From assembly GCA_027026255.1 (NCBI GenBank), contig JALVOT010000017.1, forward strand, positions 177,670 to 241,669: a stretch of 64,000 nucleotides of DNA, in the 5' to 3' direction. The stretch is from a candidate division WOR-3 bacterium (GTDB lineage Bacteria; Hydrothermota; Tepidihabitantia; SM23-42). Shown here piece after piece: positions 10,670 through 20,376 of the stretch (the first letter of the stretch is position 1; each line of letters begins with the position of its first letter). Under the pieces are notes generated by a model, which saw only the letters and a program-made list of their open reading frames with translations, did not search any database and had not been told where the DNA came from. Made by a program: the position numbers and the translations under genes.

Positions 10670-13429
10670 CTAAAATCCAATGCCGATACCCAAACGCATT
10701 CTGAATGGGCCATTATGATTCCTGGGGTCAATATAGTAATCATTTCGCGCCGCAATATATGCCCGCTTCTGTTCATAAGGATTAATCAGACCATCGTGAT
10801 TATAATCAGCCTGGGGTGAGTAATGAGAACTCGCAATCGATATATAACCGAATTGCCCGATTGACGGTTCCGGGTCACCATGATTATCCGGCTCGCCCGT
10901 GGTTGAATAAACATCAATCACCTGGTCCGTATTGAACAGATTATATATCATACTCTCTAAGGTCAGATTCAACGGACCCAATTTGATTAACCTGCTGAAA
11001 CTCCAGTCGACATTCCAGTATCCAGGCATCCGCGCTGAATTTTCATCACCCAAACGATTTCCCCTCAAATCTTCAGGGGTATATGGATGACCAGAATGGA
11101 ATGAAAAGACCCAGGAACTATTCAGATTCTGTAAAGGGATAAAGAAAAAGTCCTCGGGTAAACTCAAATCGAAATTGGCGTTGACAATATGGCGCTCATC
11201 AAAATCGAGCCAGTAGTCGATAACCGGCGGTTCCACACCATAATAGTAGTTGTCATAATACCATTCACTTGCATAGGCAGCAGTGCCTTTGGCGAACTGA
11301 AGTGTATAAGTAATACCCAATGCCCACATATTCGACATACGCTTGCTAAGGGTAAATTCGAAGCCCTTCACATTCCCGTAATCGACATTCTTGAACTGGA
11401 AATAAGAAGTAGGCAGTGCAATCACCTCACGGATCTGGGAAAGGTCATAGATATCCTTAAAATAGGCGCTGAAACTGAACGCCATATCATCGGTAAGCTG
11501 GTCTTCCATACCAAATTCATACTTTACTGTTTTCTGCGGCTTTATAAAAACATTTCCGATAACTGCATTACCACGCGAAATCAGGGCTCGAATCACCGAG
11601 GTATCGGTTGAACTATACATATTATCGAGTGCCGGAAGCTGGAAATAGTGGCCATAATCAAAACGGAACTTCATCCGATCCGTAACCGGCAGAGAAAATC
11701 CCAGTCGCGGTGAAATTTTATAACTGCCCGGGGCATTAACCAGTGTATCATTCAAAAAATCACTTGGTTTCTTGAATGTGAATGCCTTGGGGTCGAAATA
11801 ATCAAATCGGAATCCGACACGGGCAATAAGCCCTTCAAAATCCATCTTATCCTGAATATATCCGGCAAGTTGAATCGGTGAACGGTCATAGTAATCCCAG
11901 AATGGATTGGATACCCAGGGAAGATTATTATCAAAGAATTTCATTCGGTATTGAATTACATCAAAACCGGACTTGAATTCATGAATTTTGCCCACTGAAT
12001 GGCTGATGTCGGCTCGAACCTGAAGGTTCTGATTCCACCAGTAGCGCCAGACCCGGTAATCTCCATAGGTATAATACATTCCTTCCACACCATAGGGGTT
12101 GTTGCGTAATGCTGCAACACCGCGGTTTGTGTATTGGGTATGATATTGCATCATACTATCAATTACAATATGGCGAATCATTGAATCCGGAGTTGCATCA
12201 TCAAGAAGTAAAGGAATCAGATGCTCTGCACAGAAACGGTAATCCTCATACCACGCCCGACCGGTTGAGTCTTCCCAGGCATAATCCCGATTTCCATAAG
12301 CCCTGTTATAATGGGTCCAGCCTCCTTTTACCGATACCAGAGTCTGGGCAGTTAACATATAATTAAAAGTCGCCGAGAGAATGGAATTTTTAATTCGACT
12401 CATCGGCATATGGTTAAAGTATTTCAGATTACCGCTTCTCCAGTAGACAAACTGCTCGCGGGAATTATGTGCCGATAAAGTAATCTTTCCCTTGGCATTG
12501 GGAAGATGATATGAGAACTTTGCCTGACTACGATAATCCATCCTTGGTGAAGGCACCCGATAATATGCCTCTACCCAGGAATCGGTAAGCATCAATTCGC
12601 CGGAAAGAAAATAGCGAAAGCGCGGAAGTTTTGGTACCGGACCACCCAGAGAAAGGTTATAGAGGTTATATCCATAGTTCAACTTATTTTTCCAGGCATC
12701 CACTGCTGAGAAGACCTCATCGGTCAAATATCGAAAATTGCCGGCGAATTTTGGTCCGCCTTCTTTGGTCACGATATTAACGACTCCGGAAAGTGCATCT
12801 CCATATTCTGCATCAAACCCACCGGTTTCAACATCAACCTCCTCAACCGCATTGGGACTGATTCGTGCCGATTGATATCCGGTATTCGGCACCTTGGTGA
12901 TAATACCGTCGACAAAATAGGCAACCTCATTACCGCGTCCACCCCGGATATGGGTACCAAGACCGCTCTGGACAACACCTGCCTGCAGGGTGATTACCTG
13001 GTTAATCGTCGTCACCGGAAGTCGCTCCATCTCTTTTGCCGTCACCGATCTTCGTGTGTGCACCTGGTCTCGCACAATTATTTCGCGCTCCGCCTCCACT
13101 GTAACACCTTTAACCGTAATCACCGTTGGAGTTAATTTGAAATTAAGTGCTGTAGTTTGATCTGTATTTACTACAACATTTTTGTAAGTATAGGGATCAT
13201 AACTTATGTATGATGCAGTAACCCGATATGTTCCGGCCGGAACATATAAAATTACAAACTCACCATTCTCGTCGGTAGCTGCACCCAGTTCACTCCCTTC
13301 GATAATTACATCTGCACCGATAAGGGGTTCCCCGGTCTCTTTATCGATAACCCGACCGGTGATCCTGCCAAATTCACCGGCAAAGAGGAAAACCCCGGCA
13401 ATAAGTAGACCAATTATTATCTTTTTCAT
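10670..13429 (-). CDS. TonB-dependent receptor, SusC/RagA-like, with an N-terminal carboxypeptidase-regulatory-like domain.
   Basis: The likely start is MKKIIIGLLIAG (a signal peptide). The CarbopepD_reg-like segment is GRITGRVIDKETGEPLIGADVII...ENGEFVI. A plug-like region follows, then a long beta-barrel ending in a C-terminal Phe. Confidence 0.6.
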   Translation of the reverse strand: MKKIIIGLLIAGVFLFAGEFGRITGRVIDKETGEPLIGADVIIEGSELGAATDENGEFVILYVPAGTYRVTASYISYDPYTYKNVVVNTDQTTALNFKLTPTVITVKGVTVEAEREIIVRDQVHTRRSVTAKEMERLPVTTINQVITLQAGVVQSGLGTHIRGGRGNEVAYFVDGIITKVPNTGYQSARISPNAVEEVDVETGGFDAEYGDALSGVVNIVTKEGGPKFAGNFRYLTDEVFSAVDAWKNKLNYGYNLYNLSLGGPVPKLPRFRYFLSGELMLTDSWVEAYYRVPSPRMDYRSQAKFSYHLPNAKGKITLSAHNSREQFVYWRSGNLKYFNHMPMSRIKNSILSATFNYMLTAQTLVSVKGGWTHYNRAYGNRDYAWEDSTGRAWYEDYRFCAEHLIPLLLDDATPDSMIRHIVIDSMMQYHTQYTNRGVAALRNNPYGVEGMYYTYGDYRVWRYWWNQNLQVRADISHSVGKIHEFKSGFDVIQYRMKFFDNNLPWVSNPFWDYYDRSPIQLAGYIQDKMDFEGLIARVGFRFDYFDPKAFTFKKPSDFLNDTLVNAPGSYKISPRLGFSLPVTDRMKFRFDYGHYFQLPALDNMYSSTDTSVIRALISRGNAVIGNVFIKPQKTVKYEFGMEDQLTDDMAFSFSAYFKDIYDLSQIREVIALPTSYFQFKNVDYGNVKGFEFTLSKRMSNMWALGITYTLQFAKGTAAYASEWYYDNYYYGVEPPVIDYWLDFDERHIVNANFDLSLPEDFFFIPLQNLNSSWVFSFHSGHPYTPEDLRGNRLGDENSARMPGYWNVDWSFSRLIKLGPLNLTLESMIYNLFNTDQVIDVYSTTGEPDNHGDPEPSIGQFGYISIASSHYSPQADYNHDGLINPYEQKRAYIAARNDYYIDPRNHNGPFRMRLGIGIGF

Positions 13430-13440
13430 TATGAACCCCC

Positions 13441-14478
13441 TTACTCTACCCTGACAGGAATCAACCATACAACCGCACTATATCCCTTATTCGGGGTAAC
13501 ATAGTAATACGAATCCTTTGCAACCGCTTCAATATACAGATTTTCAATTCCCTGTCCAGTAATCACAAAACTTCCTGTTCCATCGACCAATTGCACTCTT
13601 TTCTGACCACCCAATGATACAAAGTAAAAATAATCATTTTGCAGCTCAGCGGGGGATATGCTAACCCTGGCAAACAAAGTTTCATTCGCCGGATAAGTTA
13701 ACAAAGAATCTACAGCGCGAAGTCTATTCATTGCGTGACCGGTGTAGGTAGTATCATAACTCGAATACCATACGGTATCAGAAATACCCAAATTCTCGTT
13801 ATAAAAAACTACATTATAAATAGATGCCACAACACCACCCCGATTAGGGAAATAATAGATTCCATATGAGACCCTTTTCAAAACCCATTCACGCGGTTCA
13901 ATAAGATTATTTACACTATCCCTTTTCGGCTCCAGAAAGATCAATCTTGTTCCTTCGCCAACGATATTCTTGGTCTGGTATGCCGTACCCGGACCGGGGT
14001 TTATTATCGTATCCATTGTCTTCAGCTTCATAGCGAGTGTTTCGCCGGTGCCAGGATCAATGATTACACTATCATAGTGCCCGACATATCTAATGTCCTC
14101 ATGCATCTTGGAAATTACACTAAATGTATCCCACAGATAAACCGTGCAGGTAGTATCCTTGGCATACCAGAAATCAGCGAAACGGCTGGAATCACTGATT
14201 GACAGTGCACAGCTATCAATATGCTGCTTTACGAGCGGAGAATCAACACGAAAATAACTGTCAACACCAGGAAAATCAACCGAGGGCATCGTAAACGGTA
14301 TATAGTTTTCAACAAATTGATCGACTGTATTAAGGAATTCAGGATGGGCATCAAGCTGAGCTTGAATCAGTGAATCATCTTGCGGTGTTCCGTTATAGAA
14401 TCCCTCTGGTGGTTCATTGCCGCAGGTAATAAATAACACACCCGCACCTACCAAGAGGCTCAGAAGATATCTCTTCAT
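13441..14478 (-). CDS. Lipoprotein of unknown function.
   Basis: The start is chosen at MKRYLLSLLVGAGVLFITC (signal peptide plus lipobox Cys). The ORF track's longer N-terminus would overlap the upstream gene. Confidence 0.5.
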   Translation of the reverse strand: MKRYLLSLLVGAGVLFITCGNEPPEGFYNGTPQDDSLIQAQLDAHPEFLNTVDQFVENYIPFTMPSVDFPGVDSYFRVDSPLVKQHIDSCALSISDSSRFADFWYAKDTTCTVYLWDTFSVISKMHEDIRYVGHYDSVIIDPGTGETLAMKLKTMDTIINPGPGTAYQTKNIVGEGTRLIFLEPKRDSVNNLIEPREWVLKRVSYGIYYFPNRGGVVASIYNVVFYNENLGISDTVWYSSYDTTYTGHAMNRLRAVDSLLTYPANETLFARVSISPAELQNDYFYFVSLGGQKRVQLVDGTGSFVITGQGIENLYIEAVAKDSYYYVTPNKGYSAVVWLIPVRVE

Positions 14479-14582
14479 TATTCCTCCTTTCTTCTTTTTA
14501 TTTTTATTTCTCACTACCAACGAATTTTTTATTTATCACCTCCTTGCTGAATTTTTAAATTTTTCTTCTTTACTAAAAGCAA

Positions 14583-15197
14583 TTATGGCGAACGAAGATT
14601 AAATGTCACGGGAAACGCCAATCGGACTGGAACCGGCTTATCCCGCTGTTTTGCAGGACTCCATCGGGTCTTTCTCGCTGCTGCAATAGCGGCCTCGTCC
14701 AGTAATGGGTTGCCGCTCGATTTCAGAATCCTTGCGTCGGTCACGCTTCCATCGATACCGACAATAATCATAAGAATAACTTTCCCCTCAATGCCGGCTT
14801 TCCTTGCCATCTCAGGGTATTTTGGTTTCACCGGTTTGATAAGCTTTGGTTTAACCTCCACCCGGGCATAAGGAACAACCTCAATCTCGGGACCGGTAGG
14901 AACTGTCCGAATAATATCTTCTTTAAACTCTGTTGCGGCAATCGTCTCCACCGCCTCTTCTTCAGCAACCTTTGACTCCGCCTCAACCGCAACCTTGGGT
15001 CGCTCCTTTGGAGGTGGTTCCTCATATTTATCAATCTCGGCGGAGATCTCTTCAATCATCGTCACCACTTCATGTTTCAATTTATATGGGGTAGGTTCAG
15101 AATAAGGCACAAATGCAAACAGCAAAATAAAAATAACAAGACTGGCAAATATTCCGGTGCGCAGATATACCCCATATAAGAGTTTATGATCACGCAT
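14583..15197 (-). CDS. tonB: TonB-like energy transducer with a C-terminal TonB domain.
   Basis: 204-aa ORF with an N-terminal TM helix and a Pro/Glu/Lys-rich linker (EEPPPKERPKVAVEAE). The C-terminal region is KPKYPEMARKAGIEGKVILMIIVGIDGSV. Confidence 0.65.
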   Translation of the reverse strand: MRDHKLLYGVYLRTGIFASLVIFILLFAFVPYSEPTPYKLKHEVVTMIEEISAEIDKYEEPPPKERPKVAVEAESKVAEEEAVETIAATEFKEDIIRTVPTGPEIEVVPYARVEVKPKLIKPVKPKYPEMARKAGIEGKVILMIIVGIDGSVTDARILKSSGNPLLDEAAIAAARKTRWSPAKQRDKPVPVRLAFPVTFNLRSP

Positions 15198-15199
15198 TC

Positions 15200-15616
15200 T
15201 TACCTCCTGAATTCAGTGGCAAAAGTAATCTTAAATGCCTTCGCCTCTTTCAGTTGATCAAGCACCTTATCAACCGTTCCATAATTCACCACTTCATCAA
15301 CATTCAGGATTGTAATAAGTTCTGGATTCTCCAAAACCTTGGGCCTCATCTTATCAGCAATCACCTGAGGTGAGATTAAATTATCATCAATATATATCTT
15401 ACTGTTATTATCAATCCAGATATGGCTGACATTTCTGCGCATTAAAATTCGTTCTGTAGACATCGCCTGCGGCAAACGGATGTTTAGATGGAGTCGGGTC
15501 GCCCTGAAAACCGTCGTCACCATAAAAAAGAGGATAAGCAAAAATGCGATATCTGCTGTCGAAGCCGTAGGGATTTCCGGTGTCTGTGTAAAGCGTCTAA
15601 TAATACTCTTTCTCAT
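15200..15616 (-). CDS. exbD: ExbD/TolR-family protein, second copy.
   Basis: 138-aa ORF with a single N-terminal TM (IAFLLILFFMVTTVF). Its size and topology are typical of ExbD. Confidence 0.65.
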   Translation of the reverse strand: MRKSIIRRFTQTPEIPTASTADIAFLLILFFMVTTVFRATRLHLNIRLPQAMSTERILMRRNVSHIWIDNNSKIYIDDNLISPQVIADKMRPKVLENPELITILNVDEVVNYGTVDKVLDQLKEAKAFKITFATEFRR

Positions 15617-16089
15617 TATTTCTTCTCCCCACTGGCCGGAATAAGACTTATCTTCTTGGCTCGAACCTCCCGGCCATCAGGCATCGTTACCTTACACAAT
15701 TTAATCTGATCCAGAACCGCAATCATATTTTTATATGGAGCCTCTTTACTGGCACGCAGCGAAACAACCAGCAGGGTATCCCGTTCACGCAGACGTTCTT
15801 CAACAATTTGCCGTATCTTATCATAATCATCCGATTTTATAATTTCATCATAGCCTACGGTCTTTACCTTCACCTCACCAGCCGGGTTGATTGCAATCGT
15901 AACAATATTTTCCTTCACCACCTTAACCTTCTGTTCCTTTTTTGTCTTTTCTGGCAAAAGCATCTTCAGACCTTTATCCCGGGTAAACACCGTGGAGGTA
16001 AGAAAGAATATCAAAATCAAAAACGCCACATCCCCCATTGATGCGGTAGGGATAGCGGGCGGATTTTTTTTCTTTTCTTTTAATTTCAT
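15616..16089 (-). CDS. exbD: ExbD/TolR-family protein, first copy.
   Basis: 157-aa ORF with an N-terminal TM (MGDVAFLILIFFLTSTVF). Translationally coupled to its neighbours. Confidence 0.7.
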   Translation of the reverse strand: MKLKEKKKNPPAIPTASMGDVAFLILIFFLTSTVFTRDKGLKMLLPEKTKKEQKVKVVKENIVTIAINPAGEVKVKTVGYDEIIKSDDYDKIRQIVEERLRERDTLLVVSLRASKEAPYKNMIAVLDQIKLCKVTMPDGREVRAKKISLIPASGEKK

Positions 16090-16093
16090 TATT

Positions 16094-16732
16094 TCATTTC
16101 TTCCTCTTGGGATATTGTTCGATCAAATAATCAATCAAACCACTTGCTGCCTCCTCCATATCCCTGGTATAACCATCCACCTTGCCGCTAAAGAGGATAT
16201 GGATAATCGCCAGAGGTGCAGCAATAATCAATCCCCATTTTGTGGTGATAAGTGCGGTTGAAATTCCGCTGGCAACAACCGTAGGTTCTACCTCACCAGC
16301 CCGCGCGATTGCTGCAAATGCGGTAATCATACCCATAACTGTCCCCAGAAATCCTAAAAAAGGCGCCACGGTGGTAAGACCGGCGAGTAATGCCATCCCG
16401 CGATCAAGAAAACCGAGTTCGGTTGCTGCACTGCGGGTAACCATCTCCTCCATCGCATCCTTTCCCTGATGCGCTTTTTCCAGGACTGAACGCAAAATTT
16501 TGGCTACCGGAGCCGCGGTCTGATCACAAAGTGCAATACCGGCATTAATTCCCTGTGAATCTATTATCGATATTAAACGCTCTAAAAATCCCCGGGGGTT
16601 AAGTCGTGCCTTGATAAAAAGGCTGTATAATCTCTCCAGAATCAATGCAACACCAAGTATCGCACACACCAATAAAAACCACATTGCAAAACCACCACCA
16701 CCTTCTGTCCCCAATTGGAATTCCCTTATCAT
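16094..16732 (-). CDS. exbB: MotA/TolQ/ExbB proton-channel family protein.
   Basis: 212-aa ORF with three TM helices. The C-terminal TM region LTTVAPFLGFLGTVMGMITAF is typical of ExbB/TolQ. Confidence 0.75.
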   Translation of the reverse strand: MIREFQLGTEGGGGFAMWFLLVCAILGVALILERLYSLFIKARLNPRGFLERLISIIDSQGINAGIALCDQTAAPVAKILRSVLEKAHQGKDAMEEMVTRSAATELGFLDRGMALLAGLTTVAPFLGFLGTVMGMITAFAAIARAGEVEPTVVASGISTALITTKWGLIIAAPLAIIHILFSGKVDGYTRDMEEAASGLIDYLIEQYPKRKK

Positions 16733-16785
16733 ACCTATCCTCCTTTCGTTTTTTTGCCTTTAATAAAAATTAATAAACAACAGTG

Positions 16786-16813
16786 AATTATATTAAAAAT
16801 TTCATAAATGTCA
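16786..16813 (-). promoter_or_regulatory. Sigma70-type promoter for the exbB-exbD-exbD-tonB unit, internal to the long minus-strand array.
   Basis: On the minus strand: TTGACA - 16 nt - TATAAT. A 5'UTR of about 50 nt follows, with a GAAAGGAGG Shine-Dalgarno. Confidence 0.6.
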
Positions 16814-16865
16814 AGAGTAAAAAACCTCATATTATCACCGATTTTTTGACTTAAGTCTTGTTCGG

Positions 16866-17216
16866 TTATCTTGAACTCGCGGTGTAATAGAGAAGCCCTC
16901 CGATAAGAGAAAAGATACCGGCACCCAAGAGAAAAAGACTCTCAATCCGGGCAAGATTCAGTGAACCGATAATCAAATCAAACAGGTTCGAGGGACCAGC
17001 GGTTCCCAGTAGAGGAAAGTAAAAAAGCATTCGGTAAATATGGAAAATCGCCAGGACGATTAAAAAAACTCCGCCGATAATCGGTAATATCCAGATCCCT
17101 TTGCCCTGAATCAGGATAAGAAGTCTTTTTATTATCAACCCATAAATCAAAAGAGCTGCTACGGTCAATAATATTGCAACGATGAAAAGTATCTCAGCCG
17201 GTATGTCTGCCTTCAT
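16866..17216 (-). CDS. Small polytopic membrane protein.
   Basis: 116-aa ORF consisting almost entirely of 3-4 hydrophobic helices. Confidence 0.5.
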   Translation of the reverse strand: MKADIPAEILFIVAILLTVAALLIYGLIIKRLLILIQGKGIWILPIIGGVFLIVLAIFHIYRMLFYFPLLGTAGPSNLFDLIIGSLNLARIESLFLLGAGIFSLIGGLLYYTASSR

Positions 17217-17243
17217 AAAACCTCCTTTTAAGACACAACAATT

Positions 17244-17615
17244 CTATTTACCTCTTGTAACTGCGTAAAATCTGAGATTGGCAACCAGCGAAAGAACCCC
17301 GGAGATAAAGAAAAACCCATAAGCAAGATAGTTAACCCCGGCCTTCGGCAACATTATCCTTCCACCAATACCGCAATAAAAAAGTTGAATAATCGCAAAG
17401 ATAAGGATACCCGTAGGTGCAATAATCATAAACTGCCAGTCTGTATGCTCACCCAGGACAATCTCATAGCGTCGGGCGATTATCCCCAAGAAGATGAAGG
17501 CAAGCCATAAAAGAACTGCTCCGAGTATAAGAAGAAAGTTGGGGACAACCGCCAGGGAATGATAGGTGTCCGGGTCCATTCCAAATGGCGCCATAATCAA
17601 CATAATCTGTAGCAT
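17244..17615 (-). CDS. Small polytopic membrane protein.
   Basis: 123-aa ORF with 4 predicted TM helices. Confidence 0.5.
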   Translation of the reverse strand: MLQIMLIMAPFGMDPDTYHSLAVVPNFLLILGAVLLWLAFIFLGIIARRYEIVLGEHTDWQFMIIAPTGILIFAIIQLFYCGIGGRIMLPKAGVNYLAYGFFFISGVLSLVANLRFYAVTRGK

Positions 17616-17649
17616 AAAACCTCCTGAAAATTTAAATAAATTTTTTAAT

Positions 17650-18234
17650 TCACTTCACAAGTTCTAATAATTTATTTGTCAAACTGGCTCCCCGGGATGG
17701 TCCGATAACCATACCTGCAGCCTTACCCAGGGCAAAGATAAAACGTCGGATATCATCCTCATATAGTTCATCAGGATTTATCTTCTGGGTCTTCAATTGA
17801 TTTTTATAGATTCTTTCTGTAAAATCCCCCAAGTAATCACTCATAACGGCCTTGATTTTATCCAGAAGTTCCGGACCCATTACCGACCCGGGTTTTTCTT
17901 CAGCTTCAGCTTCCGGCTTTCCTTTCAGTTCCTCAAGCAGGTTATAAAGTTGAGAAACATCCAGCCCGGCTCTGGAATCAAAAAGGGTTCCCACCAGAAA
18001 ATCATCTTCAAACTCTATAATTAAGGACTTCTTCTCACCCAGTATCTCCAGGGTATCAATCTTCACATCACCCACTGCATTGATTGTCTCAAAGAGCACA
18101 GTCGCGGTATGGGAAAATTTTTCAATCAGTGCCTCACCAGAACCGGTAGTGGAAACCTCACCGGAACTGGTTGCCGTAAAAGGACAGGGAAGTCCCCGGG
18201 ATTCAATCTTTTCCAATATATCTCTTTCTATCAT
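17650..18234 (-). CDS. Roadblock/LC7 (MglB-like) domain protein.
   Basis: 194-aa ORF. The N-terminal roughly 110 aa have the roadblock-like alternation, and an acidic C-terminal extension follows. The assignment comes from pattern and context, not from strict motifs. Confidence 0.4.
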   Translation of the reverse strand: MIERDILEKIESRGLPCPFTATSSGEVSTTGSGEALIEKFSHTATVLFETINAVGDVKIDTLEILGEKKSLIIEFEDDFLVGTLFDSRAGLDVSQLYNLLEELKGKPEAEAEEKPGSVMGPELLDKIKAVMSDYLGDFTERIYKNQLKTQKINPDELYEDDIRRFIFALGKAAGMVIGPSRGASLTNKLLELVK

Positions 18235-18914
18235 TTCATCCTTTCAATAACCGCCTGAACCTTAGCTCTTGCCTGGGATGAACCCATCTCTTCAACCGCC
18301 TCCTTTACCAGAAAGTCTATGATTGTGCGCAGTCCTTTAAGAAAATCTTCTTCTTTATCCTCAGGAGGTTTACTCTTAAAGACAAGTTTATTCTCAACAA
18401 TACCAACGAAAGGAAGCAAATCACCGGCGAACACAGTCAACCCCTTATTTAGACAATCAAGCCAATGTTTCAGATTTCCCTCACCGCCGAATTCACTCAC
18501 CAGAAGATTAATCTGACGCAGCTTGGAACTGAGACTTCGGGGAATCTCAGTCTTTGATTTTTCCTCTACCTCTACCTTTTTCTCTATCTCTACCTTTTCC
18601 TCTGCCTTCTTCCCGGCATCAGCCCGGATTCTTTCGATTATTGCCCGGGGATTGGCCTCGGCTTTAATCTCAAGACCAAGATATTTTGATTCATACAAAA
18701 AGATTAACAGCCGATTGCCGCCGTAATTGAATAATATGTATTTAATCTCACCAAGCTCCAGACTATTCTTTATCACCTCACCGGCTGATGAAAAAAAGGC
18801 GGTCAGGTCACCCAGAGGTCGGGATGAAGAACCCTTGACCTCTTCAACCGAACCATCCTCAGCATTGACAACCGCATACCCCAAAACCTCAACAATCTTA
18901 TCCAGTATCTCCAT
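18231..18914 (-). CDS. Roadblock/LC7 (MglB-like) domain protein.
   Basis: 227-aa ORF. The N-terminal region MEILDKIVEVLGYAVVNAEDGSVEEVKGS...GNRLLIFLYESKYLGLEIKAEANP resembles the LC7/roadblock fold. A charged C-terminal tail follows. Confidence 0.45.
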   Translation of the reverse strand: MEILDKIVEVLGYAVVNAEDGSVEEVKGSSSRPLGDLTAFFSSAGEVIKNSLELGEIKYILFNYGGNRLLIFLYESKYLGLEIKAEANPRAIIERIRADAGKKAEEKVEIEKKVEVEEKSKTEIPRSLSSKLRQINLLVSEFGGEGNLKHWLDCLNKGLTVFAGDLLPFVGIVENKLVFKSKPPEDKEEDFLKGLRTIIDFLVKEAVEEMGSSQARAKVQAVIERMK

Positions 18915-18916
18915 CG

Positions 18917-19762
18917 CTATTTTTCATTCTTCAACTTGTTGTTAAACTCTTCATATTTCTTTTTAAAAAGTAATTTGCCGTAGAGTTTTTGCCCTTCTTT
19001 TTTGAGGAACTGATTAAAATCCTTGAAAAAGTGTTCAATAATATCCTGCCCCACCTTGGCTCCAACCTTAATCTCTAAATATTCCTGCTCAATATGAAGG
19101 GCATTAAAGAGTGCTTTATTTTTCTCATCCAGTTCTGCCCACCGCTTTAACCAGTTGAATCCATTCTTCTTGAAGACCTCAAAAAACCTTTCCAGATAAT
19201 TTACCACCTTTGCCATCACCCGTTCCGCCTCTTTGGGGTCATAAATCAAACCCTTCTCCTTTAACCAGACAATGGTTTTGACCGCCTCATATCCTCCAAT
19301 CTTTGAACCGGCAATAACCTCGGCCAAACTCTTTTTACCATCAATAAGGGCGAGAACCTGCCAGTCGGTTCTTCTTAAAGCAACTGCAGATTCTAATTCC
19401 TTTGTTGACTTGGTGAGCACCGCGTCCATTGGGGGCAGATTATCTTTTATCTTCTGAAATTCAATACGCCGTTTTTCAATCCTTTCCCTTAACTTCCCCA
19501 CCCCTACGGAAATTGTCTGTTGCGGAGGTTCCACCCCGACATCAAAAGCCGCCTTTTCCGCCTCAATAAAAGAAAGATTGATTAACGCCTCCATCCCTTC
19601 CCGGGAACCGTCTGTAGCATGAACAACAAGCCCGTCCTTTAAAAATATCTCACCACCAATATTACCGAGCACCCTCAAAACCCCGGTCTTTTTAACCCGG
19701 CTGAGAAATTCCAGGACATCACCAAGTTTGAATTCCTGAAGGTCAATTTCAAAACAGGACAC
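18917..19762 (-). CDS. DUF4388-domain protein.
   Basis: 281-aa ORF. Its N-terminus (FKLGDVLEFLSRVKKTGVLRVLGNIGGEIFLKDGLVVHATDGSREGMEALINL) matches the DUF4388 pattern (G-L-x-x-F-x-L-x-D-L-L-Q-x-L ... G-x-L ... G-x-I-x-F-x-x-G). Confidence 0.6.
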   Translation of the reverse strand: MSCFEIDLQEFKLGDVLEFLSRVKKTGVLRVLGNIGGEIFLKDGLVVHATDGSREGMEALINLSFIEAEKAAFDVGVEPPQQTISVGVGKLRERIEKRRIEFQKIKDNLPPMDAVLTKSTKELESAVALRRTDWQVLALIDGKKSLAEVIAGSKIGGYEAVKTIVWLKEKGLIYDPKEAERVMAKVVNYLERFFEVFKKNGFNWLKRWAELDEKNKALFNALHIEQEYLEIKVGAKVGQDIIEHFFKDFNQFLKKEGQKLYGKLLFKKKYEEFNNKLKNEK

Positions 19763-20376
19763 TATATTATCCCCAACCAGTTATGAAGCAGAAAATAGAC
19801 CCGGCCGATTAAAAGGGAGATTCGCGCCATTACGGTATAACCAAATGAAGCACCAAATGAAACCATCATAAACCAGATTCCCACTTTTGCAGCAAAACCT
19901 AAGGTTCCTTTATGCTCCTTGGAAAAATAGAAATATATTAATGTAAAAACAACCCCGGCAATGATAAGAAGATTGGAAAAGACCTTGAATGGATGAATCC
20001 CGGCCAGGGGCAAAAATGTCGCCTGAAGTTGAGGCAGGATATCGCCTTGAATAATCTGGGTGATAAAAAGGGCCATTGAAATTCCCATCGTAAAGGTAAG
20101 GGGAATTCTTACCAACCAGCTCAGCTTTGGGATAAAAGGGGCAAACATCAAAAGTCCAATGATAATTGGAATAAGATAGACCATATTACCTTTGACAATC
20201 AGGGGTTCAAACAGATTGGGCCAGGCAAAATCAAACCAGAGAATCACTGCCCAATATCCTGCAGAAATACCAACAAAGATATGCTCGGCAACCTTATAAA
20301 ATGGGTTATCCTTATATAAAAATGAATAGATTGCCAGGGTCAAAAGGGAAGCAATCCAGACACCCAGAACCTCCAT
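19762..20376 (-). CDS. Polytopic membrane protein. Paralogue of 1334..1975.
   Basis: 204 aa; see the reciprocal alignment at 1334..1975. Confidence 0.65.
   Translation of the reverse strand: MEVLGVWIASLLTLAIYSFLYKDNPFYKVAEHIFVGISAGYWAVILWFDFAWPNLFEPLIVKGNMVYLIPIIIGLLMFAPFIPKLSWLVRIPLTFTMGISMALFITQIIQGDILPQLQATFLPLAGIHPFKVFSNLLIIAGVVFTLIYFYFSKEHKGTLGFAAKVGIWFMMVSFGASFGYTVMARISLLIGRVYFLLHNWLGII

Noticed and set aside
16733-16865. AT-rich 130-bp gap inside the long minus-strand array, considered as a possible small RNA.
   Set aside because: It is fully explained by a TTGACA-16-TATAAT promoter and the 5'UTR/RBS of exbB.
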